Origin: Parvibaculaceae bacterium
Lineage (GTDB): Bacteria > Pseudomonadota > Alphaproteobacteria > Rhizobiales > Aestuariivirgaceae
DNA length: 24,000 bases
Assembly (NCBI GenBank): GCA_050181295.1
Contig: JBFXDI010000022.1
Coordinates: forward strand, 210-24,209
Direction of reading: 5' to 3'
Positions 18,106 to 24,000 of this stretch are shown here, piece after piece (position 1 is the first letter of the stretch; every line of letters begins with the position of its first letter). A program made the translations under genes and the position numbers. The notes under the pieces were generated by a model. It saw only the letters and a list, made by a program, of their open reading frames with translations, made no database searches and had not been told where the DNA came from.

Positions 18106-19815
18106 TCAGAAGGTCTGGCCGGCGAGCATCGCGAAATGCTCGACGATCGGGCCGAGAGCGAGTGCGGGGAAGAACTGCAGCCCGCCCATGATGATGATGA
18201 TGCCGATGAGGAGGCCCACGAAGAGCGGCGTGTGGGTCGGAAAGGTGCCGGCGGTCGGCTGCGTGCGCGTCTTGGCCGCGATCGAGCCCGCCATGGCGAG
18301 GACCGGCACCACGTAGCCGAAGCGGCCGAGCAGCATGCCGATGCCGAGCGTGGTGTTGTACCAGACTGTGTTGGCGGAAAGTCCGCCAAAGGCCGAGCCG
18401 TTGTTGCCGGCCGCCGAGGTGTAGGCGTAGAGGATCTCTGACAATCCGTGCGGCCCGCCTGTGCCGACCGAGGCGACTGCCGCCGGCAGCATGGCGGAGA
18501 TGGCCGTGAAGCCGAGGATCGCGGTGGGGAGGATCAGCACCGCGAGGATCGCGAACTTCATCTCGCGCCCCTCGATCTTCTTGCCGAGGATCTCGGGCGT
18601 GCGGCCGACCATGAGGCCCGCGACGAACACGGCGAGGACGGCGAAGATCAGCATGCCGTAGAGGCCGGAGCCGACGCCGCCCGGCAGCACTTCGCCGAGC
18701 TGGATGAGGAACATCGGCACGAGCCCGCCGAGCGGCGTGAAGGAGCCGTGCATGCCGTTGACGCCGCCGTCCGAAAGGCCGGTGGTCACCGCGGCATAAG
18801 CCGCCGTCATCGCCTGCCCGAAGCGGATCTCCTTGCCCTCCATGTTGCCGAGCGCGGGATCGAGACCGAGCGAGGCGAGGATCGGATTGCCGTGGCTTTC
18901 GGCCCAGTAGACGCCGCCAATGCCCACCGCGAGCAGGATCGCTGTCACGGCAAGGAACGCCCAGCCCTGGCGGCGGTCCCCCACCATCTGTCCGAAGCAG
19001 TAGACGAGCGCTGCGGAGACCGCGAGCATGGCGATGATGTTCAGGTAGTTGGACAGCGCCGTCGGGTTCTCGAAGGGATGGGCGGCGTTGGCGTTGAAGA
19101 AGCCGCCGCCGTTGGTGCCGAGCTGCTTGATCGCCTCCTGCGTGGCGACGGGGCCGAGCGCGATCGTCTGCTGCGCGCCCTCGAGCGTGGTGACGGTGAC
19201 GGATCCCGAGAGCGTCTGGGGCAGTCCCATCGCCACGAAAGCGAGCGCCACGATGATCGAAAGCGGCAGCAGCACATAGAGCGTCGCGCGCACGAGATCG
19301 GTCCAGAAATTGCCGACCGTCTCGGTCGAGGAGCGCGCAAAAGCCCGGGTCAGGGCGAGCGCCATGGCGATGCCGCTCGCCGCCGAGACGAAGTTCTGCA
19401 CCGTGAGCCCCGCCATCTGGCTGAAATGGCTCATGGTCGTTTCGCCGGCATAGGATTGCCAGTTGGTGTTGGTGACGAAGCTCACGGCGGTGTTGAAGGC
19501 GAGGTCCGGCGGCACGGCCGGGAAGCCCTGCGGATTGAACGGCAGGAAACCCTGGAGTCTGAGGATCGCGTAGAGGAGCGCGAAACCTCCGGCGCTGAAA
19601 ACGAGCACGGAAAGCACGTAGGTGAGCCAGCTCTGCTCGCTCTCTGGCCGGACTCCGGCAGCGGCGAGGAACGAGCGCTCGAGCGGGCCGAGGACAGGCG
19701 ACAGGAAAGTGCGGCCGCCGGAGAAGACCTGTGCCATGTAAAGTCCGAGTGGCTTCACCAGCGCGAGGACGACAAGGAAGAGAAGGCCGATCTGCAGCCA
19801 GCCGATGAGCGACAT
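18106..19815 (-). CDS. kdpA: KdpA K+-channel-like subunit
   Basis: 569-aa polytopic protein with a typical KdpA N-terminus ([26 protein letters not shown]) and selectivity-region blocks ([25 protein letters not shown]). Confidence 0.96.
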   Translation of the reverse strand: MSLIGWLQIGLLFLVVLALVKPLGLYMAQVFSGGRTFLSPVLGPLERSFLAAAGVRPESEQSWLTYVLSVLVFSAGGFALLYAILRLQGFLPFNPQGFPAVPPDLAFNTAVSFVTNTNWQSYAGETTMSHFSQMAGLTVQNFVSAASGIAMALALTRAFARSSTETVGNFWTDLVRATLYVLLPLSIIVALAFVAMGLPQTLSGSVTVTTLEGAQQTIALGPVATQEAIKQLGTNGGGFFNANAAHPFENPTALSNYLNIIAMLAVSAALVYCFGQMVGDRRQGWAFLAVTAILLAVGIGGVYWAESHGNPILASLGLDPALGNMEGKEIRFGQAMTAAYAAVTTGLSDGGVNGMHGSFTPLGGLVPMFLIQLGEVLPGGVGSGLYGMLIFAVLAVFVAGLMVGRTPEILGKKIEGREMKFAILAVLILPTAILGFTAISAMLPAAVASVGTGGPHGLSEILYAYTSAAGNNGSAFGGLSANTVWYNTTLGIGMLLGRFGYVVPVLAMAGSIAAKTRTQPTAGTFPTHTPLFVGLLIGIIIIMGGLQFFPALALGPIVEHFAMLAGQTF

Positions 19816-19836
19816 GATGGTTCGTCCGGGAGAAGG

Positions 19837-19923
19837 TTAGAACTTTTCGGGGTGCAGCAGTGTGGCGACCAGATAGGCGGCGAGCGCTATCGCGACCGCG
19901 AGACCCAGGAGTGCTTCGGTCAT
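19837..19923 (-). CDS. kdpF: KdpF small hydrophobic subunit (28 aa)
   Basis: Too short for the ORF track. The hand translation is [28 protein letters not shown], ending in TAA. The C-terminal pattern YLV-x2-LL-x-PE-x-F matches the KdpF family. GAGG lies 6 nt upstream, and the gene ends 21 nt before the kdpA start. Confidence 0.85.
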   Translation of the reverse strand: MTEALLGLAVAIALAAYLVATLLHPEKF

Positions 19924-19930
19924 GGGCACC

Positions 19931-20014
19931 TCAGATGCGGGCCAGCGCCCGCGCATAGAGCGCGAGCACGGCCATGACGCTTAAGGCCAGCGCCAGAAAG
20001 ACAAGATCGGACAA
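19931..20014 (-). CDS. Candidate 27-aa hydrophobic leader or mini-protein upstream of kdpF (TTG start), speculative
   Basis: The hand translation is (M)SDLVFLALALSVMAVLALYARALARI, ending in TGA. About 78% of codons have G or C at the third position. GGAG lies 7 nt upstream of the TTG. The TGA stop codon overlaps the kdpF ribosome-binding site (TGAGGTGCCCATG). The sequence is also the tail of track ORF 19931..20305. It could instead be non-coding promoter DNA. Confidence 0.3.
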   Translation of the reverse strand: MSDLVFLALALSVMAVLALYARALARI

Positions 20015-20021
20015 GGGAAAA

Positions 20022-20047
20022 CTCCGTTCCGGTTTCAGGAACGGAAG
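20022..20047 (-). terminator. Hairpin plus U-tract between the S8 protease gene and the kdp operon; terminator, attenuator or protein-binding inverted repeat
   Basis: The minus-strand RNA reads CUUCCGUUCC-UGAAACC-GGAACGGAG-UUUU. The stem has 8 perfect base pairs plus a G-U wobble. The 3' arm contains the GGAG that precedes the candidate TTG ORF. Confidence 0.35.
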
Positions 20048-20117
20048 ATCGGTGCTCGCCGCATGGGATTTCGATGGGGAAATGAGCTCGGCGGCGTCAG
20101 GAAAGGATAAGGAGGCA

Positions 20118-20129
20118 TTCCAATTGGAA
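20118..20129. promoter_or_regulatory. Perfect 12-bp palindrome TTCCAATTGGAA in the AT-richer kdp upstream region
   Basis: The palindrome is read directly from the sequence. It is flanked by an 8-mer direct repeat, GGAAATGA, at 20078..20085 and 20126..20133. ATGGG(A/G) repeats occur 11 bp apart at 20063..20068 and 20074..20079. Confidence 0.3.
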
Positions 20130-20186
20130 ATGAAGAGACACCCAATGGAAGGCCGTTCCTCATAGCCGCCGCCATGCTGGCGATTC

Positions 20187-21518
20187 TTACGGGTTCGGCC
20201 GTAAACAGTTGCTGGCGTTGGCCGGCATCTGGATGAGGCCCCAGCCAAATTCACGATCGCGGCCCGGCCGGCCGAGGTCGCTCGCCGCGACCTGGAGCGT
20301 TTCAAGAAGACGTTCCCTCTTGTGATCGTTGGTCTTCATGGCAACCGCCATGGCGGCGGTGACGAAGGGAACGGCCAACGAGGTCCCGGACTGGGAGCGG
20401 GATCGAGATCGGCCGCGGGTGTCCGCGACCACCAGATTCACGCCCGGCGCCGCGAAAGCGATATGATTGCCGCGGTTGGCGCGGCGGAACAGGCGGCCTT
20501 TGCGATCGACCGCCGTGACGGCGATCACACCCTGGTAGGCGCCCGGATAGACAGGGCGCGCCGAAGGACCGGCGTTGCCAGCCGCGGCCACCAGGATCAC
20601 GTCGCTGGCGAGCGCTGTCTCCACGGCCTGCCGCAACACCGGATTGTCCGGACCGGTGAGGCTCAGGTTGATGAGCCTGATGCTGCGCGCGACCAGGAGG
20701 TCGAGCCCGCGCACCAGATCGAAAGCGTCGGCGGCATCCCCACCGTCCTTGGCGCGATGGAACACATCCACAGCGACGAGCCGCGCCCGCGGCAGGAGGC
20801 CGGGGTGCGCCCCGTCGGCCCGGCCGATCAGCAGCGCCGCGATAGCGGTTCCATGCCGGTCGGACGAGGCTCGGCGACCGGCCGTGCGCAGGTCGATAGT
20901 TTCGATTGCGCCCGCCCGGAAGGCGGGATGATTGGGCTGGACCCCTGTGTCGATCATGCCGATCGTGGCTTCCATGGCGCAGGACTTTGGCGGTGTGGGC
21001 CAGCCGACCATGGAGAACTTTGGGCAGTTCGCGGCGGAGCACGCGAGCCGCGACGGACGGTAAAGCGTGTTGAGGCCGACCGGCCGGCCGGGAAGAAGGG
21101 ACCGCAGCCTTCGCAGAGCGGCGGTGACAGATTCCCCGCGGGTCGATCGCACCCGCACGATGTCGTTGCCGGCCGCCGCCAATGTCGAGCGTCGAACCAC
21201 CGTAAAGCCCTCCGCCTCCAGCGGCACCGTCGACTGCCCGGTGCCGATCATGGCGACGAGTTCCGCCTGCGCCGCGGCGCGCCGGGGCGCGCGGGGACGA
21301 TCGTCGTCATCATCGTCGTCGTCATCATCCGCGATGGCCGGCGACGTCCACAGGACTATCGAAGAGACGATGAGCGTTGCCGATATCGCGGAAGGCGCCG
21401 ATACGATGACAACGAGCATGGCAAGGAATATACGGAAAGCTCGCGATACGTGTCCCTGGCAGCGTTGAATCGGAATCTTACCAGTCACGATGACGGTCTC
21501 CGTGTGGTTCCTGCGCAT
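20187..21518 (-). CDS. S8 (subtilisin-family) serine peptidase with N-terminal signal/anchor, a D10 tract and an I9-like propeptide
   Basis: The track ORF 20187..21629 would overlap the divergent sigma gene, so I prefer the ATG at 21518 (an ATG at 21419 is also possible). The catalytic triad contexts are IGMIDTGV (Asp), DRHGTAIAALL (His) and QSGTSLAVPFVTAA (Ser). There is a hydrophobic segment ending AIA, then ten Asp residues (21300..21329), then a propeptide-like region (FTVVRRSTLAAAGNDIVRVRSTRGESVTAALRRLRSL). Confidence 0.85.
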   Translation of the reverse strand: MRRNHTETVIVTGKIPIQRCQGHVSRAFRIFLAMLVVIVSAPSAISATLIVSSIVLWTSPAIADDDDDDDDDDRPRAPRRAAAQAELVAMIGTGQSTVPLEAEGFTVVRRSTLAAAGNDIVRVRSTRGESVTAALRRLRSLLPGRPVGLNTLYRPSRLACSAANCPKFSMVGWPTPPKSCAMEATIGMIDTGVQPNHPAFRAGAIETIDLRTAGRRASSDRHGTAIAALLIGRADGAHPGLLPRARLVAVDVFHRAKDGGDAADAFDLVRGLDLLVARSIRLINLSLTGPDNPVLRQAVETALASDVILVAAAGNAGPSARPVYPGAYQGVIAVTAVDRKGRLFRRANRGNHIAFAAPGVNLVVADTRGRSRSRSQSGTSLAVPFVTAAMAVAMKTNDHKRERLLETLQVAASDLGRPGRDREFGWGLIQMPANASNCLRPNP

Positions 21519-21535
21519 GATAACGTGTCGGCCAT

Positions 21536-21560
21536 GAAATAAATCCCTCGAGCTCACGTT
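21536..21560 (+). promoter_or_regulatory. Candidate ECF-type promoter upstream of the sigma gene (GAAAT-N16-CGTT)
   Basis: GAAAT at 21536..21540, a 16-nt spacer, then CGTT at 21557..21560. This lies about 38 nt upstream of the ATG at 21598. It is pattern-based only. Confidence 0.25.
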
Positions 21561-21597
21561 GTCTGAGTGAAAGCGGCGTCGCGCCGGAAGGTCGTCG

Positions 21598-22113
21598 ATG
21601 GGTGTGGATATCCGCCTGCAGATTGTCACGATGCTGCCGCGGCTCAGGCGCTTCGCCCGCTCGCTCGCCGGTCATCCCGACCGCGCCGACGATCTGGTTC
21701 AGGCGACCTGCGAGCGAGCCTTGCGCGGGATGGATGGCTGGCAGCCCGGCTCGCGGCTCGATTCCTGGCTGTACCGGATCATGCAGAATCTCTGGATCGA
21801 CGACATGCGCAAGCGCAGAACGCAGGGAATCGAGGAGCCGGTGGAACAAGCTTTTGATCTTGCGGGAGATGACGGCGAGCGGCAGGTGCAATCCCGACTG
21901 GCCGCAGCCGAGGCGATCGCGGCCCTCGGCAGGCTGCCCGAGGATCAGCGCACGGTGATCTCGCTCGTCTGCATTGAGGAACTGAGCTATCGAGAGGTCG
22001 CCTCGATCCTGGACATTCCCATCGGCACGGTGATGAGCCGGCTCGCCCGTGGCCGCCGTGCGCTGGGCGATATGCTTGGCCTTGCCGAGCCGGAAGTACA
22101 ACCGAGGACCTGA
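21598..22113 (+). CDS. ECF (sigma-70 family, group 4) RNA polymerase sigma factor
   Basis: 171 aa. Region 2 is present (LPRLRRFARSLAGHPDRADDLVQATCERAL ... LDSWLYRIMQNLWIDDMRKR), as is region 4 (LPEDQRTVISLVCIEELSYREVASILDIPIGTVMSRLARGRRAL). Confidence 0.93.
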   Translation: MGVDIRLQIVTMLPRLRRFARSLAGHPDRADDLVQATCERALRGMDGWQPGSRLDSWLYRIMQNLWIDDMRKRRTQGIEEPVEQAFDLAGDDGERQVQSRLAAAEAIAALGRLPEDQRTVISLVCIEELSYREVASILDIPIGTVMSRLARGRRALGDMLGLAEPEVQPRT

Positions 22114-22114
22114 G

Positions 22115-22900
22115 ATGAACCGTCGGAACATGGAATGTCCGGAATTCAGCGACGAGACCCTTGTCGCCTTTGCCGATGGCGAGCTCGCCGATTCCGATGC
22201 CTCCGTCCTGCGCGACGCCCTTGAGAACGATCCGGCGCTGAAGAAGCGGTTGGAGGTCTTCGTCGCCACCCGGGACAGGTTGAGGGCAGATTTCGGGTCG
22301 GTTGTGAACGAGCCCGTTCCGGACAGATTGACGGAGCTTGTCATGAGTCAGGGCATGACGAGGGGCAACGAGAGGCATCGGAGAGGGAGACATGACATTC
22401 CCCGATTGTCCGTGTCGCGCTTTGCCGGCTCGATGGCTGCGGCTGTCGCCTGTCTCGTCGCCGGTCTGGGCGGCTTTCTCATCGGTTCACAGACCGTACG
22501 GGACACGGGCTCCGGGCTTGTCAGCCTGACGGCCTCGGCCGAACCGGAGCTGCAACGCCTGCTTGCCACGGGCGCCGACGGCGCCGTAGCGTCATGGAGC
22601 GCCGGCAATCACGGCGGCGAGATCACCCTCGAGGGGACCTATCGCACCCGCGCCGGTCTCTGCCGCAGCTTCTCGGTGAGCGAGCGGACGGGAACGGCGA
22701 GCCGGGCCGAGGGCATCGCCTGTCTGGACGCGAACGCATGGCGGACGCGGATGGTGGCGGCCAGGGACGCAGCGGACGGCACGATGACGCCGGCGACCGG
22801 CGCCGGCCAGGCCGTGGACGCTTTCCTCGATGCAGCCGAGGCAGGCGATCCGCTTGATGCCGCCACAGTGCGGGAGCTGATCGAGAAGGACTGGAAATAG
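22115..22900 (+). CDS. Membrane anti-sigma factor (single TM) with a Cys-containing periplasmic domain
   Basis: The track ORF begins at 22049. I prefer the ATG at 22115, 1 nt after the sigma stop codon and with GAGG 7 nt upstream. The N-terminal anti-sigma domain is FSDETLVAFADGELADSDASVLRDALENDPALKKRLEVF. The TM helix is FAGSMAAAVACLVAGLGGFLIG. The C-terminal domain is SWSAGNHGGEITLEGTYRTRAGLCRSFSV...EGIACLDANAWR. Confidence 0.85.
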   Translation: MNRRNMECPEFSDETLVAFADGELADSDASVLRDALENDPALKKRLEVFVATRDRLRADFGSVVNEPVPDRLTELVMSQGMTRGNERHRRGRHDIPRLSVSRFAGSMAAAVACLVAGLGGFLIGSQTVRDTGSGLVSLTASAEPELQRLLATGADGAVASWSAGNHGGEITLEGTYRTRAGLCRSFSVSERTGTASRAEGIACLDANAWRTRMVAARDAADGTMTPATGAGQAVDAFLDAAEAGDPLDAATVRELIEKDWK

Positions 22901-23283
22901 GAAGAGGCGCGGCCTCGCGATGAGCGGCGGCGGACGTGCAGAGGCGCGCGCTCGGGGCCATCGCCGGATCTGCTTTGGAGTGCGAAGCCGACCCAGCGCC
23001 AGTAGCCAGCGTAGAATGCGACCATCAGGATCAGGTGAAGCAGACCGAGCACGGCGCTGAGCCGCAGGAATCGCGTGGGCGGATGCCATCCTCCATGGTG
23101 CGGCGTGCGAGATTATGGCGAGACGGGCGGCGAGCGTCATCACCGACACGCTTGCGACGATACCCAGCATGGAAAAATCTTCCGTGGACCCGAAGCGGAG
23201 AACACCGCGTCGACGAGTGAGCTGGCCGGACCGATGTCAACCATCGCTTCGCCCAGCGCGAGGGCGGCCCCGACGAAGATCAT
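22901..23283 (-). pseudogene. Possible degraded N-terminal remnant of a small membrane exporter (LysE/RhtB-like flavour), needing two frame changes
   Basis: The third-position GC signal on the minus strand follows three segments. Frame a runs 23283..23143 (MIFVGAALALGEAMVDIGPASSLVDAVFSASGPRKIFP). Frame b starts at 23170 (MLGIVASVSVMTLAARLAIISHAAPW). The signal then returns to frame a (AVLGLLHLILMVAFYAGYWRWVGFALQSR). No stop codon occurs before it runs antisense into the anti-sigma gene. The family assignment is tentative. Confidence 0.2.
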
Positions 23284-23312
23284 CAGACAGGGCTGCTTTC
23301 TCTATTAGCGCC

Positions 23313-23341
23313 TTGACAGCACACCGAGCAGGTTCATAAAC
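23313..23341 (+). promoter_or_regulatory. Sigma-70-like promoter candidate for the IclR gene
   Basis: TTGACA at 23313..23318, a 16-nt spacer, then CATAAA at 23335..23340. It lies in an AT-richer intergenic region, immediately upstream of the palindromes. Confidence 0.4.
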
Positions 23342-23346
23342 TGAAT

Positions 23347-23372
23347 TGAAACGTATGTTTCATATATGAAAC
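23347..23372. promoter_or_regulatory. Operator-like array of three alternating TGAAAC/GTTTCA half-sites
   Basis: TGAAAC (23347..23352), GTAT, GTTTCA (23357..23362), TATA, TGAAAC (23367..23372). GTTTCATATATGAAAC is a perfect 16-bp palindrome. The array ends 6 nt before the IclR ATG. Confidence 0.5.
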
Positions 23373-23378
23373 AATCGA

Positions 23379-24000
23379 ATGGCAACGATCAAAACTCCCC
23401 CATCCGGATCGACGCTACATGCGCTGGCAATCCTGGAGTCTTTTGACGTCTCCAATGCCTCCCAATCCCTCGCCGCCATCAGCCGCCGCCTTAAAATTCC
23501 CAAAGCGACGGCTTTGCGGATTCTGAGGGCGCTAGAGGAGAAGCGTTACGTTTTCCGGAATCCCGGCGATGGGTCTTACTCGCTTTCGTTTGGCGTCCTG
23601 GGTCTTGCCCAGCGCTATCTGGCGGAGTTCGAGATTCTGACGATCGTGCGGCCGATGCTCGCCGACTTGGCCGCCGAGACCGGCGAGACGGCGCACTTCG
23701 GCGTGCTGCAGGAGACTGAAGTCGTCTATCTAGACATTGCCGAGAGCCCTCGGCGTGTTCGAGCCTATGTCGTCCGTGGCGACCACATCGCGGCCCACTG
23801 CGTGGCGGCTGGCAAGGCGATACTCGCCCATGTGGAGCGGCCGAAGCTGGAAGCATTCCTCGTCGACAAGCTCGAGCGCTTCACGCCCGCTACGATCGTG
23901 GATCGGCAACAGTTTCTCAGCGATTTGGGACAGACGCGCCGCCGCGGCTATGCGCTGAACGTCGGTGAATGGAACCCCGACGTGACCGGTGTCTCAGCGC
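23379..24000 (+). CDS. IclR-family transcriptional regulator; C-terminus runs off the window
   Basis: Absent from the ORF track because it has no stop codon in the window. The hand translation is open to the window edge. It begins MATIKTPPSGSTLHALAILESFDVSNASQSLAAISRRLKIPKATALRILRALEEKRYVFRNPGDGSYSLSFGVLGLAQRYL, which is the IclR winged HTH. It continues ...ETAHFGVLQETEVVYLDIAESPRRVRAYVVRGDHIAAHCVAAGKAILAH..., which is the IclR effector domain. Confidence 0.88.
   Translation, partial: MATIKTPPSGSTLHALAILESFDVSNASQSLAAISRRLKIPKATALRILRALEEKRYVFRNPGDGSYSLSFGVLGLAQRYLAEFEILTIVRPMLADLAAETGETAHFGVLQETEVVYLDIAESPRRVRAYVVRGDHIAAHCVAAGKAILAHVERPKLEAFLVDKLERFTPATIVDRQQFLSDLGQTRRRGYALNVGEWNPDVTGVSA

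Noticed and set aside
12228-19977. Many long alternative-frame ORFs across the kdp locus, for example 12869..14125(+), 14318..15526(+), 16548..18389(-), 16781..18316(+) and 18448..19977(+)
   Set aside because: All overlap the unmistakable kdpA/B/C/D/E reading frames and are Arg/Gly/Asp/His-rich low-complexity translations.
19924-20186. Riboswitch (for example a c-di-AMP/ydaO-type kdp leader) upstream of the kdp operon
   Set aside because: I could not recognise the conserved pseudo-symmetric helices or ACGR motifs of that class. Such kdp riboswitches are characteristic of Firmicutes and Actinobacteria rather than alphaproteobacteria. Confirming their absence would require a covariance-model scan.
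21067-21468. Plus-strand ORF with a poly-serine run (SSSSSSSSS)
   Set aside because: It is the antisense reading of the poly-Asp codons of the S8 protease and is not an independent gene.
21519-21629. Extended S8 protease start at 21629
   Set aside because: It would overlap the divergent sigma-factor start codon (21598) and consume the whole shared promoter region. The added residues are not signal-like.
22049-22114. Extended anti-sigma start at 22049
   Set aside because: It lies inside the sigma gene in another frame. The ATG at 22115 has a GAGG ribosome-binding site, and the anti-sigma domain begins right after it.
22904-22916. Small hairpin GAGGC-GCG-GCCTC just after the anti-sigma stop codon, considered as a terminator
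   Set aside because: It has only a 5-bp stem, a 3-nt loop and no downstream T-tract, which is too weak to call.
1-24000. Mobile elements, CRISPR arrays, tRNA/rRNA genes, and defence or toxin-antitoxin systems
   Set aside because: I found no transposase, integrase or recombinase-like translations. There are no regularly spaced direct repeats, no tRNA-like cloverleaf candidates and no small paired ORFs with toxin-antitoxin character. The only repeats are the intergenic palindromes reported above.

Overview
This is a high-GC, alphaproteobacterial (Rhizobiales-like) chromosomal segment with dense, mostly recognisable genes. Reading left to right there are five parts. (1) A minus-strand operon runs from 7082 to 1: SelA-like PLP enzyme, long family-5 solute-binding protein, two Dpp/Opp-type permeases and a fused double ATPase. 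(2) A divergent plus-strand operon runs from 7219 to 12070: DSD1-type PLP amino-acid deaminase, RidA, a trimethylamine-dehydrogenase-type FMN/4Fe-4S flavoprotein and an RraA-like aldolase/decarboxylase. A REP-like palindromic element lies before the last gene. (3) A complete minus-strand kdp locus (kdpF-A-B-C-D-E) runs from 19923 to 12117. (4) An S8 subtilisin-like protease carrying a 10-residue poly-Asp tract lies on the minus strand. It is divergent from an ECF sigma/anti-sigma pair. (5) A possible degraded exporter remnant is followed by a partial IclR-family regulator with a clear operator-like palindrome. The ORF track lists only ORFs that have a stop codon inside the window and a minimum length, so it misses three real genes. 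I recovered these by hand translation: the fused ABC ATPase (1..1539, minus), kdpF (19837..19923, minus) and the IclR gene (23379..24000, plus). Most other long ORFs in the track are Arg/Pro/Ala/Gly-rich antisense shadows typical of high-GC DNA. I found no rRNA, tRNA, CRISPR array, transposase or integrase. Nothing here is demonstrably a new system from sequence alone. The two best candidates for uncharacterised biology are the amine/amino-acid catabolic cluster built around a divergent TMADH-type enzyme and the ECF sigma/anti-sigma/poly-Asp S8 protease module. Family assignments rest on motif recognition and remembered reference sequences, not on database searches.
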